Shown one piece after another: positions 20,141-29,328 of a DNA stretch of 64,000 nucleotides. Within the stretch, counting starts at the first letter, position 1, and each line of letters begins with the position of its first letter. The notes below the pieces were generated by a model. That model worked only from the letters and a program-made list of their open reading frames with translations. It searched no databases and was not told where the DNA came from. The DNA is taken from the NCBI GenBank assembly GCA_965248265.1, contig CBDFJF010000002.1:2944001-3008000 (forward strand), given 5' to 3'. The stretch is from Candidatus Latescibacterota bacterium. GTDB taxonomy: Bacteria; Latescibacterota; UBA2968; UBA8231. The position numbers were made by a program, and so were the translations under genes.

Positions 20141-21331
20141 TCAGGTCGCCGGCTGAAGGGTGATCAGGGTCACCTCCGATGGCGCGTTGACCCGCACAGG
20201 CGGTCCCCAGTACCCGGTGCCGCGGGAGACGTAGATCCACGAACAATCGTCGACCTCATGCAACCCGGCCAGGTAGGGTTGCTGCAGGGGCACGATGAAG
20301 TTCCACGGAATGAATTGGCCCCCGTGAGTGTGGCCACACAACAGCAGGTCGAATCCGGCCTTCAGCGACGTCGAGACACTGCGGGGTTGGTGGGCCAACA
20401 GCAGGCGAACATCCGAAGGTGGTGCATCGCAGAGCGCTGCGCCCGGGTTATGGACGTGTTCCGGTAGGTCTGGTACCATTTCCGCAGCCCCGAAATCGGT
20501 AACCCCCGCAATCACCAGCCGTCCGTCACCATGTTCAATGAGTCGGTTTTCATTGAGCAGGACATCCAGCCCCAGGCTTCGGATCTCAGGCAACCAATCG
20601 GTGACCCCGGAATAGTACTCGTGGTTTCCCGTCACGAAGAAACTGCCGTGTCTCGAGCGCAAACGCGCCAATGGCGAGACGTGGGGTTTGAGGCGCTCGA
20701 CAGGGCCGTCCGCGAGATCACCCACGACGGCCACCAGGTCCGCCTCCATGCCATTCACGGTTTCGACGACCGCCTCCACGAATGGTCGCTTGATCGTCGG
20801 ACCAACGTGAAGGTCGCAGATCTGCGCAATGCGGAAGCCATGCAGAGCAGGTGGCAGGCCGCGAATAGGGACGGCGACATCAACCACGCGCGGCCGTCGC
20901 CGAGCCTGGAACATGCCGATACCCGTCGTGATGGAAGACAGGCCGACAATGCTCAGATTCGATATCTCGATAACTACGGGTTCTGCCAAGGGCTCTGGAT
21001 CTGTCCCCCCCAACGCGTACCAGACCGCCTTGGAGGCAGCCAGATAGAGCAACCAGCCAAGGTCGCGTAGGACGAGCAAGGAGAACGTCAGCGTTGCCAG
21101 AGCGACGCCGGAGTATGCCAACCAGGCGATCCCGTCCGCGAAACGGGAATACCATCGCCCAGAATCGCGAAACAGCATGTGGTAGACGTGGGTCAGGGAA
21201 GCCAGTAGAATCAAGGTGCCCCAGACGGCAATCGAAGTGGGGCCTGACAGCTGTGCGGGAATGAGAAGTCGCCAGCCACAGTACCCGTACACGAGTGTGA
21301 CGATGGCGATGGAGATAAGGAAAAAGAGCAA
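20141..21331 (-). CDS. Membrane-anchored calcineurin-like metallophosphoesterase (YkuE/YaeI-like); start approximate
   Basis: DLH, GDLADG, GNHEYY, LLAHQP, GHTHGGQ, VSRGTG.WGPP.R after N-terminal TM helices. The 21748 start overlaps the SIMPL gene, so TTG 21331 is preferred. Confidence 0.88.
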   Translation of the reverse strand: MLFFLISIAIVTLVYGYCGWRLLIPAQLSGPTSIAVWGTLILLASLTHVYHMLFRDSGRWYSRFADGIAWLAYSGVALATLTFSLLVLRDLGWLLYLAASKAVWYALGGTDPEPLAEPVVIEISNLSIVGLSSITTGIGMFQARRRPRVVDVAVPIRGLPPALHGFRIAQICDLHVGPTIKRPFVEAVVETVNGMEADLVAVVGDLADGPVERLKPHVSPLARLRSRHGSFFVTGNHEYYSGVTDWLPEIRSLGLDVLLNENRLIEHGDGRLVIAGVTDFGAAEMVPDLPEHVHNPGAALCDAPPSDVRLLLAHQPRSVSTSLKAGFDLLLCGHTHGGQFIPWNFIVPLQQPYLAGLHEVDDCSWIYVSRGTGYWGPPVRVNAPSEVTLITLQPAT

Positions 21332-21397
21332 GTATGGCCCGGGGGAATGCGGGAGAAAGAGTGAGTGGGTGAGGCAGCGGATTAGTTTAGGTTGATG

Positions 21398-21450
21398 CCT
21401 CGGATCGAGCAAAACCCCTCGGATCGAGCAAAACCCCACGGATCGAGCAA
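21398..21450. repeat. 19-bp tandem direct repeat (~2.7 copies) in a divergent intergenic region
   Basis: cggatcgagcaaaacccc(t/a) at 21401 and 21420, partial copy at 21439. Confidence 0.85.
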
Positions 21451-21482
21451 CATCCGCTCGGACACACCAAAGGAGATCGACG

Positions 21483-22190
21483 ATGAAGTACTTCAGGTAC
21501 CTGCTATTGGCGGTTTGCTGTGGAGCGTTCGCCATGGTTACTGGTGTTGGTGCGGATGATGACGAAGAGGTGCGGAGGATTGAGGTGTCCGGTGTTGGCT
21601 CTGTCAGCAGCAAACCGGATCTGGCTCTGGCCAGCCTGGGTGTGCGGACTTTTGCCAAGTCGGTCCAGCTGGCCGTTTCGGAGAACAATTCCACGGCTGA
21701 GTCCGTCCTGACGGCGTTGGCGAGTGTCGGGATAGAGCCGCATCGCATCGAGACTTCGTCTTACAATGTTTCGGCACAACGGGACTTTCGCCGCGATAAG
21801 CCGGACACCGTTGTTGGCTATTGGGCAAGCAACATGGTGACCGTGGGCATCGTCGACCTGGATCGCGTTGGAGCAGTCCTACAGACAGCCATCGACGCGG
21901 GGGCCAACAACATCTCTAATCTGCGTTTCACTTTGGAAGATCCGGAGCCAGTGAAGAGCCAGGCACGGACGAACGCGGTCGTTGATGCCCGTTTGCGGGC
22001 GCAAACGCTGGCTGCCGCTGCAGATGTCAAATTGGGGGAGGTCGTCACTATTCGTGAGATGGCTGGGCGGACGCCGGTGTTCAAGGATCAACGCATGATG
22101 CTGGAATCGGCGAGTGCCGAAGCCGTGCCCATACGCGTCGATGAGCTCGAGGTTTCCATCCAAGTCGAGATGACCTTCCGGATCGAGTAA
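21483..22190 (+). CDS. SIMPL-domain (DUF541) periplasmic protein
   Basis: Signal peptide, I.VSG.G.V...PD.A, GAN.I..L.F, AV.DAR.RA..LA, V...F.IE. SD aaggag upstream. Confidence 0.9.
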   Translation: MKYFRYLLLAVCCGAFAMVTGVGADDDEEVRRIEVSGVGSVSSKPDLALASLGVRTFAKSVQLAVSENNSTAESVLTALASVGIEPHRIETSSYNVSAQRDFRRDKPDTVVGYWASNMVTVGIVDLDRVGAVLQTAIDAGANNISNLRFTLEDPEPVKSQARTNAVVDARLRAQTLAAAADVKLGEVVTIREMAGRTPVFKDQRMMLESASAEAVPIRVDELEVSIQVEMTFRIE

Positions 22191-22203
22191 GGACTATGCG
22201 ATC

Positions 22204-23313
22204 ATGAGCCGATTGGATCTGAATCATCTGCCGACACTGCCGCAAGTGGCTTGTCCCATCGCGATTTGTGGTGCGGGGGGCATCGTCAATGATGCCCATC
22301 TGCCCGCCTATCGCAAGGCCGGCTTCGCGGTGACGGGAATCTACGATCAAAACCGTGAAGCGGCGGAGCGTACGGCTCAGCGCTTCGAGGTTCCACGAGT
22401 GTACGAGACTCTGGAGGAGCTGGCCGAGGACCCTGATGCGGCCATCATCGACATCGCGGTTCCAGCCACAGAGACCCACGGTGTTGTGAGCTCGGTCGTG
22501 GGGTCCGGGAAAGCCTTGTTGATTCAGAAGCCATTGGGGGAGAGCATGGAGACGGCGCGTGCTACGGTGGACGTCATCGAACAGTCCGGTGTCGTTGCCG
22601 CGGTCAATCAGCAGATGCGCTGGGAACCCGGAGTGCGGGCGGCACAGGCGCTGGCTGCAAGGGGAGATCTGGGTGAGGTCTTCGACATCTCCTTCTCCAT
22701 TTTCGTTGACACGCCGTGGAATCTGTGGGAATGGCTCAAGCGCAAGAACACGATCGATGTGTTGTATCACTCGATTCACTACCTGGATTCCATCCGATTC
22801 ATCACCGGTAAGGAACCGGTGTCACTCTATTGCGACGGCACTACCCAGCCAGGGTACGATGCAGCAGGAGAGACCCGCATCCTCCTCCATCTCGTTTTCG
22901 AGGAGTGTCTGCGCGCCACCGTGCGGACCAACCATCACGCCGCGTACGGTCTGGAGGGGCAGCGGGCCGAGTTTCGTGTGGACGGCACCAGGGGAGTGGC
23001 CATTCGCACGATTGGCCTGCTCATGGATTACCCTAAAGGCGTGGCTGATGCTTTCAGCTACAAGACTGAAGGTGCAGAATGGAGGCAGGTCGATTTCGCT
23101 GAGAGCTGGTTTCCGGATGCCTTCGTGGGACCGGTGTCATCGCTGATGAGGGCGATGACGGGAGAGATAGAGCGCCCGGAAACCGGGGTCAGGGACAATC
23201 TGAAGACACTCGGGCTGGTTTTCGGGGCCTACGAATCGATGCACGAGGGGCGTGTTGTGAATGTCACCAGCCGGGGCAGGTCCCCATCTGCTGGTGCTTC
23301 TGCTGCCTGCTGA
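22204..23313 (+). CDS. Gfo/Idh/MocA family oxidoreductase
   Basis: GAGGIV..AHLPAY, LIQKP, NQQMRW, HSIHYLD. Confidence 0.92.
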   Translation: MSRLDLNHLPTLPQVACPIAICGAGGIVNDAHLPAYRKAGFAVTGIYDQNREAAERTAQRFEVPRVYETLEELAEDPDAAIIDIAVPATETHGVVSSVVGSGKALLIQKPLGESMETARATVDVIEQSGVVAAVNQQMRWEPGVRAAQALAARGDLGEVFDISFSIFVDTPWNLWEWLKRKNTIDVLYHSIHYLDSIRFITGKEPVSLYCDGTTQPGYDAAGETRILLHLVFEECLRATVRTNHHAAYGLEGQRAEFRVDGTRGVAIRTIGLLMDYPKGVADAFSYKTEGAEWRQVDFAESWFPDAFVGPVSSLMRAMTGEIERPETGVRDNLKTLGLVFGAYESMHEGRVVNVTSRGRSPSAGASAAC

Positions 23314-25765
23314 TGTCGTTGATGCGGATGCCTTTGTCACCAAAATTGATGCAGGCGAAGTTTTGCCGGCCGACGTTGGTGGCGGTCAGGTCGACGGTTT
23401 CCTTGAGGATGTTCTCTTTGGTGATGGTGTTGATCATGACCACATCGTAGAGCGCTTCGATGAGTTTGCGTCGCTGAATACGCATGTCGTTAGCGCGGTA
23501 TTTCTGCGCGTACTGCTTAACCACCGTCTTTTGCTCCATGAAACTCCGGTTGCGGCTCTCCGGTAGCACCTCACAGGCGACGATGGCCCAGTCCAGCTCC
23601 GGCATTTCGGAGACAAAGAATGGCTCGGCCTTGTACTTGTTGATGATCTGTGCGACGTTGTCGAACAATTGAGGGAAGGAGCGCACGATAGTCACGAAGT
23701 TGTTCTGTACGATCTTGCCATCCTTCAGATAGCGCGGTAATCGCGGGACGAGGGCGTAGCCATGATCCATAGCCTTGGCGTCCTGGAGCAGTTGTCGCAG
23801 ACTGGGGTCCCGGACCTTCATTGCCCATCGGCGGTCCAGCCGCGCCCGGTCGTCGGGTATGATGGAAATTCCCAGATACTGTTGAAGGTCGTCGAGGGAG
23901 ACCTGGTACATCAGGTCGTCCAATTCGAGTTCCTCCTCCGACTCTTCCTCTTCTTCCTGCTTGATACCCTTCTGTTCCAACTGCGTTTTCTTGAGCCGAG
24001 CGCGACGCTCCTCCTGTGCCTTCTTCAGCTTTGTGGCTCGTTCCTCTGCCGAGGCGAGCTTGCGCGCCTCTCTCTCTCGCTTCTCCTTCTCTACAGGATC
24101 TTCGACTTCCTCTTCTTTTGATTTTCGCGGTCGACGGCCTTTCAGTTTCTCCTCGGCTGCGTCTTGTACTGTTGGGGCGCCTGGGGCTGCTGCTTCGCCA
24201 TCAGTGTCTTGGCCTGGAGTGACGCCGGCGCCCTTCTTTTTCTTCTTTCCGTCTTTGCCTTTTTCGGGCTTGGATCCCGGAGTCTCCTCGACTTCCTGTC
24301 CCTCTGTCGGAGTGAAACCCGGAGTCTCTTCGACCTGGTGACCCTCAGTAGGCGTGAATCCCGGTGTTTCCTCTACCTCGTGTCCGTCAGTTGGTGTGAA
24401 GCCTGGCGTCTCTTCAACCTCGTGACCCTCAGTTGGGGTGAAGCCTGGGGTTTCCTCCGTTTCGTGACCCACAGTGGGAGTGAAACCCGGAGTCTCTTCG
24501 ACCTGGTGACCCTCAGTAGGCGTGAATCCCGGTGTTTCCTCTACCTCATGCCCCTCGGTCGGAGTGAAGCCTGGTGTTTCTTCGATCTCGTGTCCCTCGG
24601 TCGGGGTGAAGCCTGGGGTTTCCTCTACTTCGTGACCCACGGTGGGCGTGAATCCGGCGGTCTCTTCTACCTCGTGTCCCTCGGTCGGGGTGAAGCCCGG
24701 GGTTTCCTCTACTTCGTGACCCTCAGTAGGCGTGAATCCCGGTGTTTCCTCTACCTCATGTCCCTCGGTCGGAGTGAAGCCCGGTGTTTCTTCTACCTCG
24801 TGTCCCTCGGTCGGGGTGAAGCCCGGGGTTTCCTCTACTTCGTGACCCACGGTGGGCGTGAATCCGGCGGTCTCTTCGACTTCGTGCCCCTCAGTTGGTG
24901 TGAAGCCCGCCGCTTCTTCTACCTCATGCCCTTCTGTGGGCGTGAACCCGGAGGTCTCCTCTACCTCGTGTCCTTCGGTTGGGGTGAATCCGTCGCCTTC
25001 TTCTGCTTCCTCTGAGTCTGCATCCTTGCGCCCGCTACCCTTGTTGCCCGAGTAGATGTCATTCTGGAACAGGACCCCAGCCTCTTCATCTTCCTCCCCA
25101 TCCTCCCTGTCGGCCTCGCTGTCGTCAGCATCATCCGCGTCGTCTTCCTCATCGAAAAGCCCTTCTACGTCTTCTCCCTCCTCCTCTCCACCGTCATCGG
25201 CAGCGACGACGGCTTCGGTGGAATCCGACTCGGCATCCTGCTCAGTATCCGCGAACAGGCCTTCCGCATCCTCATCCTCTGCTGCCTCGATGGTCTCTTC
25301 GTGTTGCTCGGACTCTCCGTTGTCATCTGCCGGAGTATCCTCGTCGAGTTCAAGATTTGCTGCCATCGCCTCGGGGTCGTCGGCACCGGCTTCCTCCTCA
25401 TCATCGAAAAGCCCTTCGACCTTCTCGCTGGTACCGTCTTCAGCGAAATCGCCCGAGCCATCCGCATCGAAGGAGTCGTCGCCGTTGCTCTCCACGCCGA
25501 CCTCTTCCTCATCCTCCTCAAATTCGTGTCCTTTGGCGGTCAGCAGATCGGCGATTTGCTGAGCCACCTCACCGCTGACGTAGGGACGGGCGACCAGCAG
25601 GCTTTCGACGGTCTCGTCATTGAGGTCGTTGGCGTCATCGCTTTCCGAGTCATCCTCGTTCACCTGCAACAGGAGCATGGAGACGTATTTCTCCATGAGG
25701 AACTTCTTCTCTTCCTGCTGCAGGGCAGCCTCGGTCCTGATAATCTGTTCTTCGCGGTCGTTCAA
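23264..25765 (-). CDS. Large acidic low-complexity protein with 14-aa tandem repeats and an unassigned C-terminal domain
   Basis: 833-aa open frame, TTG start after aggag. D/E-rich region, 17 repeats, K/E/R coiled-coil, ~215-aa globular tail similar to the neighbouring ORF. Confidence 0.85.
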   Translation of the reverse strand: MNDREEQIIRTEAALQQEEKKFLMEKYVSMLLLQVNEDDSESDDANDLNDETVESLLVARPYVSGEVAQQIADLLTAKGHEFEEDEEEVGVESNGDDSFDADGSGDFAEDGTSEKVEGLFDDEEEAGADDPEAMAANLELDEDTPADDNGESEQHEETIEAAEDEDAEGLFADTEQDAESDSTEAVVAADDGGEEEGEDVEGLFDEEDDADDADDSEADREDGEEDEEAGVLFQNDIYSGNKGSGRKDADSEEAEEGDGFTPTEGHEVEETSGFTPTEGHEVEEAAGFTPTEGHEVEETAGFTPTVGHEVEETPGFTPTEGHEVEETPGFTPTEGHEVEETPGFTPTEGHEVEETPGFTPTEGHEVEETAGFTPTVGHEVEETPGFTPTEGHEIEETPGFTPTEGHEVEETPGFTPTEGHQVEETPGFTPTVGHETEETPGFTPTEGHEVEETPGFTPTDGHEVEETPGFTPTEGHQVEETPGFTPTEGQEVEETPGSKPEKGKDGKKKKKGAGVTPGQDTDGEAAAPGAPTVQDAAEEKLKGRRPRKSKEEEVEDPVEKEKREREARKLASAEERATKLKKAQEERRARLKKTQLEQKGIKQEEEEESEEELELDDLMYQVSLDDLQQYLGISIIPDDRARLDRRWAMKVRDPSLRQLLQDAKAMDHGYALVPRLPRYLKDGKIVQNNFVTIVRSFPQLFDNVAQIINKYKAEPFFVSEMPELDWAIVACEVLPESRNRSFMEQKTVVKQYAQKYRANDMRIQRRKLIEALYDVVMINTITKENILKETVDLTATNVGRQNFACINFGDKGIRINDISRQQKHQQMGTCPGW
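24277..25002 (-). repeat. Coding tandem repeat, 42-bp unit (ETPGFTPTEGHEVE) x17 plus a partial copy
   Basis: Counted in the translation. Variation is mostly at third codon positions. Confidence 0.95.
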
Positions 25766-25803
25766 TCGACTCCTGAGTCGGTGCTATGAGTGCGTGTGTG
25801 TCG

Positions 25804-26862
25804 TCACTCGAATGTCATGACCGGAAAGGCGCCAGGCCAAAGCCGCTTTTTGGCCTTCCAGTGCGGGATCCCGGCTTTCCCATGAATGGCGATCTTGTGA
25901 ACTCTCTGGATCGTAAACACCAGACGCTGTGGACTTTTTTTGCGCGCCCGATAGGTAGTAGCCGTGAGACCACTGCAGTTACGGGCAAACAGGTCCTCTT
26001 CAAGGATTTCCCCACAAATTATACGGTCATAGACGTCTTCGATCACGCTTTTTTGGTTAATGCATTCGCTGGGCAAATCCCAGTCCTTGGCATACGAATT
26101 AAGTTTGCGCTCCGGGCGGCGAAGCGTGCAGTTGAGATACTCCGTGTCGCAAAGTACCCAACGCGGTTCCGGGATGGGCTGCTGGTAGAAATCGTGGCGC
26201 TGGTACCAGTTCGGTTTCTTCTTCTGGCGAAAGAAATAGGATGGAAACTTGCCGCGCAGTGTCTCGAAGGTACACGGGATTGGTTTTCCCGTATCGTCGC
26301 CCATCAGCGGACTGCGAAACAGAATGACGTGGGACGCGAAGGTTTTCTGCAGAGATTGAACATCGTTGCGCTCGATCGCTTCGATGGTCTTGGGCAACAG
26401 AAGGAGATTCTTGAAGAAACTATCGAATGATTGCTGGTGTTGGGCAAAGACGTCGGCGTCGAAGCTGTGTTCGAGAACTTCCTCGTGCTTTTCAAGCGAA
26501 AAGAAACGCTCCATGAAGATCCATCTGGCCTGGTCGATCGGGGGCACGGACAGCAGCGTCGGGACGGGGCCTTCTGGTGGGCCTTTTTCTACCGGTGTTT
26601 TCTTACCCTTTGGTTTGCGCCGTCTCGGAGATGTCGCTTCATCGCCGGCAGCTGCCTCAGCTTCCGCCCCCAAGGATTCGATGTCGTCGTCGAGGTCGAA
26701 TGAGACCTCGCCCCCGTCGCCGTTCCTGAACGCTGCCAGGCGGTCGATGTGAGGCTTGACGTGATGGGCAAGCTCGTAGGCGAGATCCGGATCCGGTACA
26801 GCCTCGCTGCGCTTGTTCTCAAGATCCAGGATGGCCTGAACGAGTGTATCTCTGTCCATCAT
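25804..26862 (-). CDS. Hypothetical protein, paralogue of the C-terminal domain of 23264..25765
   Basis: 352-aa ORF sharing collinear motifs GK....F.T....FP..F, PE..W.....E.L, IE..YD and LTAT. Confidence 0.8.
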   Translation of the reverse strand: MMDRDTLVQAILDLENKRSEAVPDPDLAYELAHHVKPHIDRLAAFRNGDGGEVSFDLDDDIESLGAEAEAAAGDEATSPRRRKPKGKKTPVEKGPPEGPVPTLLSVPPIDQARWIFMERFFSLEKHEEVLEHSFDADVFAQHQQSFDSFFKNLLLLPKTIEAIERNDVQSLQKTFASHVILFRSPLMGDDTGKPIPCTFETLRGKFPSYFFRQKKKPNWYQRHDFYQQPIPEPRWVLCDTEYLNCTLRRPERKLNSYAKDWDLPSECINQKSVIEDVYDRIICGEILEEDLFARNCSGLTATTYRARKKSPQRLVFTIQRVHKIAIHGKAGIPHWKAKKRLWPGAFPVMTFE

Positions 26863-27078
26863 GTTTGTCGGCGAAAGAGGTTCAATCGGGACGTCATTGC
26901 GGGCGCACCGGCCAGTGCCTCTCTGTCAAGGGAAAAGTGTCCATAATATATGTAACCGGGCAAACCGATCAAAAACTACGTTTGGCTTCCTAACTCCATT
27001 CATCCCAACATGATAGGAGCCGATAAAGGAGTTCCATATTTTGGCCATTAGGCTCTGAAGGTGGGCGCCCTCTCTCTC

Positions 27079-27105
27079 ATATCGGCAAACATGGCCACAA
27101 GCTTA
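27079..27105 (-). promoter_or_regulatory. Candidate sigma28-type promoter for the 26862/25765 gene pair
   Basis: Minus strand TAAG-N15-GCCGATAT. Confidence 0.5.
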
Positions 27106-27332
27106 CACCCACGTTCCGGCCGGCCACAACACGCTGATAGCGCTATGTGCCAATGAGTTAGCGCGCTGCGCAACATGATGTACCAGGTCCTGTTCGCCCT
27201 ACATTATCTTGCGGTTTATGAAGGACAATTTTCTTGACAGGGTTATCGGCAGCCGGTAACTAAGAAGTCTATCGATCGACCGGCGAGTCGCTGGTTTTGA
27301 GGCTGGCCTAAGGGGAACCGAAAGGAAGTATC

Positions 27333-28118
27333 ATGTCTACAGAAGCGGAGCAGACCCGGATGCTGTTTCACCCCAAGGCCACCTCGAGTATCAGGTGCCG
27401 GCCAGGCGTTGCCTGGCTTGTCAGCCTTGTTTGCTGTACCAGTCTAACCGCGATGGGCGCGGCCTTGCAAGAGAGCGGCGTCCTCGTCGTCGAGAAACCG
27501 GAGGAGAATATCCGGAGCGCTCCCAACGGCGAGAAGATCGGCGCTCTGTTCAAAGGGGCCGAAATCGAGAAGATAGGGGAGGATGGCAAATGGATCCGTT
27601 TCCGGATGGAGGGCTGGATCTGGGGTCCTTCGCTGGAAGCCGGAGTAGAATCACCGCTGCAAACCTCAGAGACCCCAGCGCAGGAGGAGAAAAGCCCGGC
27701 CGGTTTGGTTACCCGTAAGCCGCGATCGGCCATTCAAGTCAATCTCGCTCAGGTCCGGGAGCTCGTAAACGAGAGCTATGGTGTGTTCTATTCCATGGAC
27801 CACAACAAGGAGTTGCTGCAGCTGATCGTGCGGTTCCGGTTGGAGGAGAGGGTCGGACGAGACGTTCTGGAGCGTCGACAAGCGGTGATTCAGGCCCAGC
27901 TTTTCGAGCTGTTCGCGGATGGAATCGAGTTCAACAGTATCAGGGTGGAAACCAACCGGCCCGACGGCAGTGGCCAGGTCGGGGTTGAGATTGCCGAAAC
28001 CGATGTGGCAGATTTTGTGGTAGTGGATCGAGTCGCCGACGTGGACGACGATTTGTTGCGCCAGTGGAAGGGAAAATCGCGCATTTCCACTGACGCAGGT
28101 GCCACCTGGAGCCGTTGA
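27333..28118 (+). CDS. Hypothetical exported protein with an SH3b-like domain
   Basis: Hydrophobic signal/TM segment then ENIRSAPNG..IG.L..G......GKW.R....GWI, the bacterial SH3 pattern. Confidence 0.65.
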   Translation: MSTEAEQTRMLFHPKATSSIRCRPGVAWLVSLVCCTSLTAMGAALQESGVLVVEKPEENIRSAPNGEKIGALFKGAEIEKIGEDGKWIRFRMEGWIWGPSLEAGVESPLQTSETPAQEEKSPAGLVTRKPRSAIQVNLAQVRELVNESYGVFYSMDHNKELLQLIVRFRLEERVGRDVLERRQAVIQAQLFELFADGIEFNSIRVETNRPDGSGQVGVEIAETDVADFVVVDRVADVDDDLLRQWKGKSRISTDAGATWSR

Positions 28119-28122
28119 GGAT

Positions 28123-29328
28123 ATGCTGGATCTCTACTCGGTGAAGTCACAGGTGGATGGCATGGTGGCGCATCGCGTTGGTGCTCCTCGCGACACCGAA
28201 GCTCGTTTGGCACGCGCACTTGAGCAGCTGCAGCGGTGGGGCGAGAGTGGTGACGGTGGTGGTTCCTGGCGCGATCTCGCCGACGCCGTGGCCGGTAGCG
28301 CCAAGGGGTGGCTTTTACCCCGAATTACCGAAAAGCTGACAAGGACGGTAGAGGCTTTGGCCGCCCCTTCGAAATTGAGTGTGGCAGCGACTGATGGCTC
28401 TCAGATCTTTCCCGACCGGCATGAAATATCGCCGTGCTATCTCATCAACATCGGTCATGTCCTCCTGCACTACGGAACGGGGGAGCGGCCTCTTCTTGCT
28501 ACTAACCCACGCCTGTTCTACAAGGACAGCGACCTTTTTCAATCCTACGGAGACCGCCGGGTGGCCGTTAACCGGGACTTGGTAGGCATTCGGCGCACTC
28601 TTCTAGAGATGATTGACCTCAAGTTGCTTGCGGTTCGTTCACATGACGAGGGACATCGGACCGTTGCGATGTGCGATGGCAGTCTGATAGCCTGGGATCT
28701 GGAAGGCAGGCCGCACGGTTTTCGACAGGCCTACCTGAAGGAGATGCTGGTTTGTCTTGGTGAATTGCGACAACGCGGGATTCCCCTGATCGGGTACATC
28801 AGTCGTCCAGGCAGCAATGAGGTCATCAATGCGCTTCGCGTAGGCATGTGTCCGACACCGGCTATACAATGTGACTGCGCTGACAGGAACGTCATTGGCT
28901 CGTATGACAGCATTTCCTGCACTCAGATTGAAGGGGTCTCGGATGCCCTGCTGATGAAGCGGGTCCTTCTCAACCCCGGTGAGCGCTCGTCCGTGTTCGC
29001 CAGTACCGCACGAATTATTGAAGAATACGGCGACCACGGGGTTTGCTTTTTTTACTTGAATATCGGGACTGAGGTGGTCCGCATCGAAATCCCACGATGG
29101 GTGGCCGATGATGAATCCATGCTGGGGTTGGTGCATTCCGGTGTCTGGGATCAGGTGATCAAGGGAGCAGGGTATCCCGTTGGCCTGACAGAGGCCCATG
29201 AGCGCGCCGTGGTACGCGGCCGCGACCGGGAAGCGTTTTTCCGCTGTCTGAAACAGACACTGGTGAGGAATGGACTCGAGGTGTCTCTCTCACGCAAGGG
29301 CAAATCCAAACTGCAGCCCAGAGTGTGA
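28123..29328 (+). CDS. nurA: NurA-family 5'-3' nuclease
   Basis: VAATDGSQI, CDGSL, GYISRP, RIEIP.W, GYP..L.EAH..AVV. Upstream of a HerA ATPase. Confidence 0.88.
   Translation: MLDLYSVKSQVDGMVAHRVGAPRDTEARLARALEQLQRWGESGDGGGSWRDLADAVAGSAKGWLLPRITEKLTRTVEALAAPSKLSVAATDGSQIFPDRHEISPCYLINIGHVLLHYGTGERPLLATNPRLFYKDSDLFQSYGDRRVAVNRDLVGIRRTLLEMIDLKLLAVRSHDEGHRTVAMCDGSLIAWDLEGRPHGFRQAYLKEMLVCLGELRQRGIPLIGYISRPGSNEVINALRVGMCPTPAIQCDCADRNVIGSYDSISCTQIEGVSDALLMKRVLLNPGERSSVFASTARIIEEYGDHGVCFFYLNIGTEVVRIEIPRWVADDESMLGLVHSGVWDQVIKGAGYPVGLTEAHERAVVRGRDREAFFRCLKQTLVRNGLEVSLSRKGKSKLQPRV

Noticed and set aside
21332-21748. N-terminal extension of the 535-aa phosphoesterase ORF
   Set aside because: Overlaps the SIMPL gene and the intergenic repeats on the opposite strand.
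24277-25002. 42-bp periodic array as a CRISPR
   Set aside because: No unique spacers, the unit is a multiple of 3 with synonymous variation inside an ORF, and no cas genes are present.
23264-26862. Diversity-generating retroelement targets (given the CLec-like tail)
   Set aside because: No reverse transcriptase and no near-identical TR/VR pair differing at adenines seen in the window.
27168-27185. Sigma54-like site TGGTACATCATGTTGC on the minus strand
   Set aside because: GG-to-GC spacing is 11 nt rather than the required 10.
27018-27250. Extra GCCGATAA boxes (plus strand ~27019, minus strand ~27250)
   Set aside because: No matching -35 element at 15-nt spacing.
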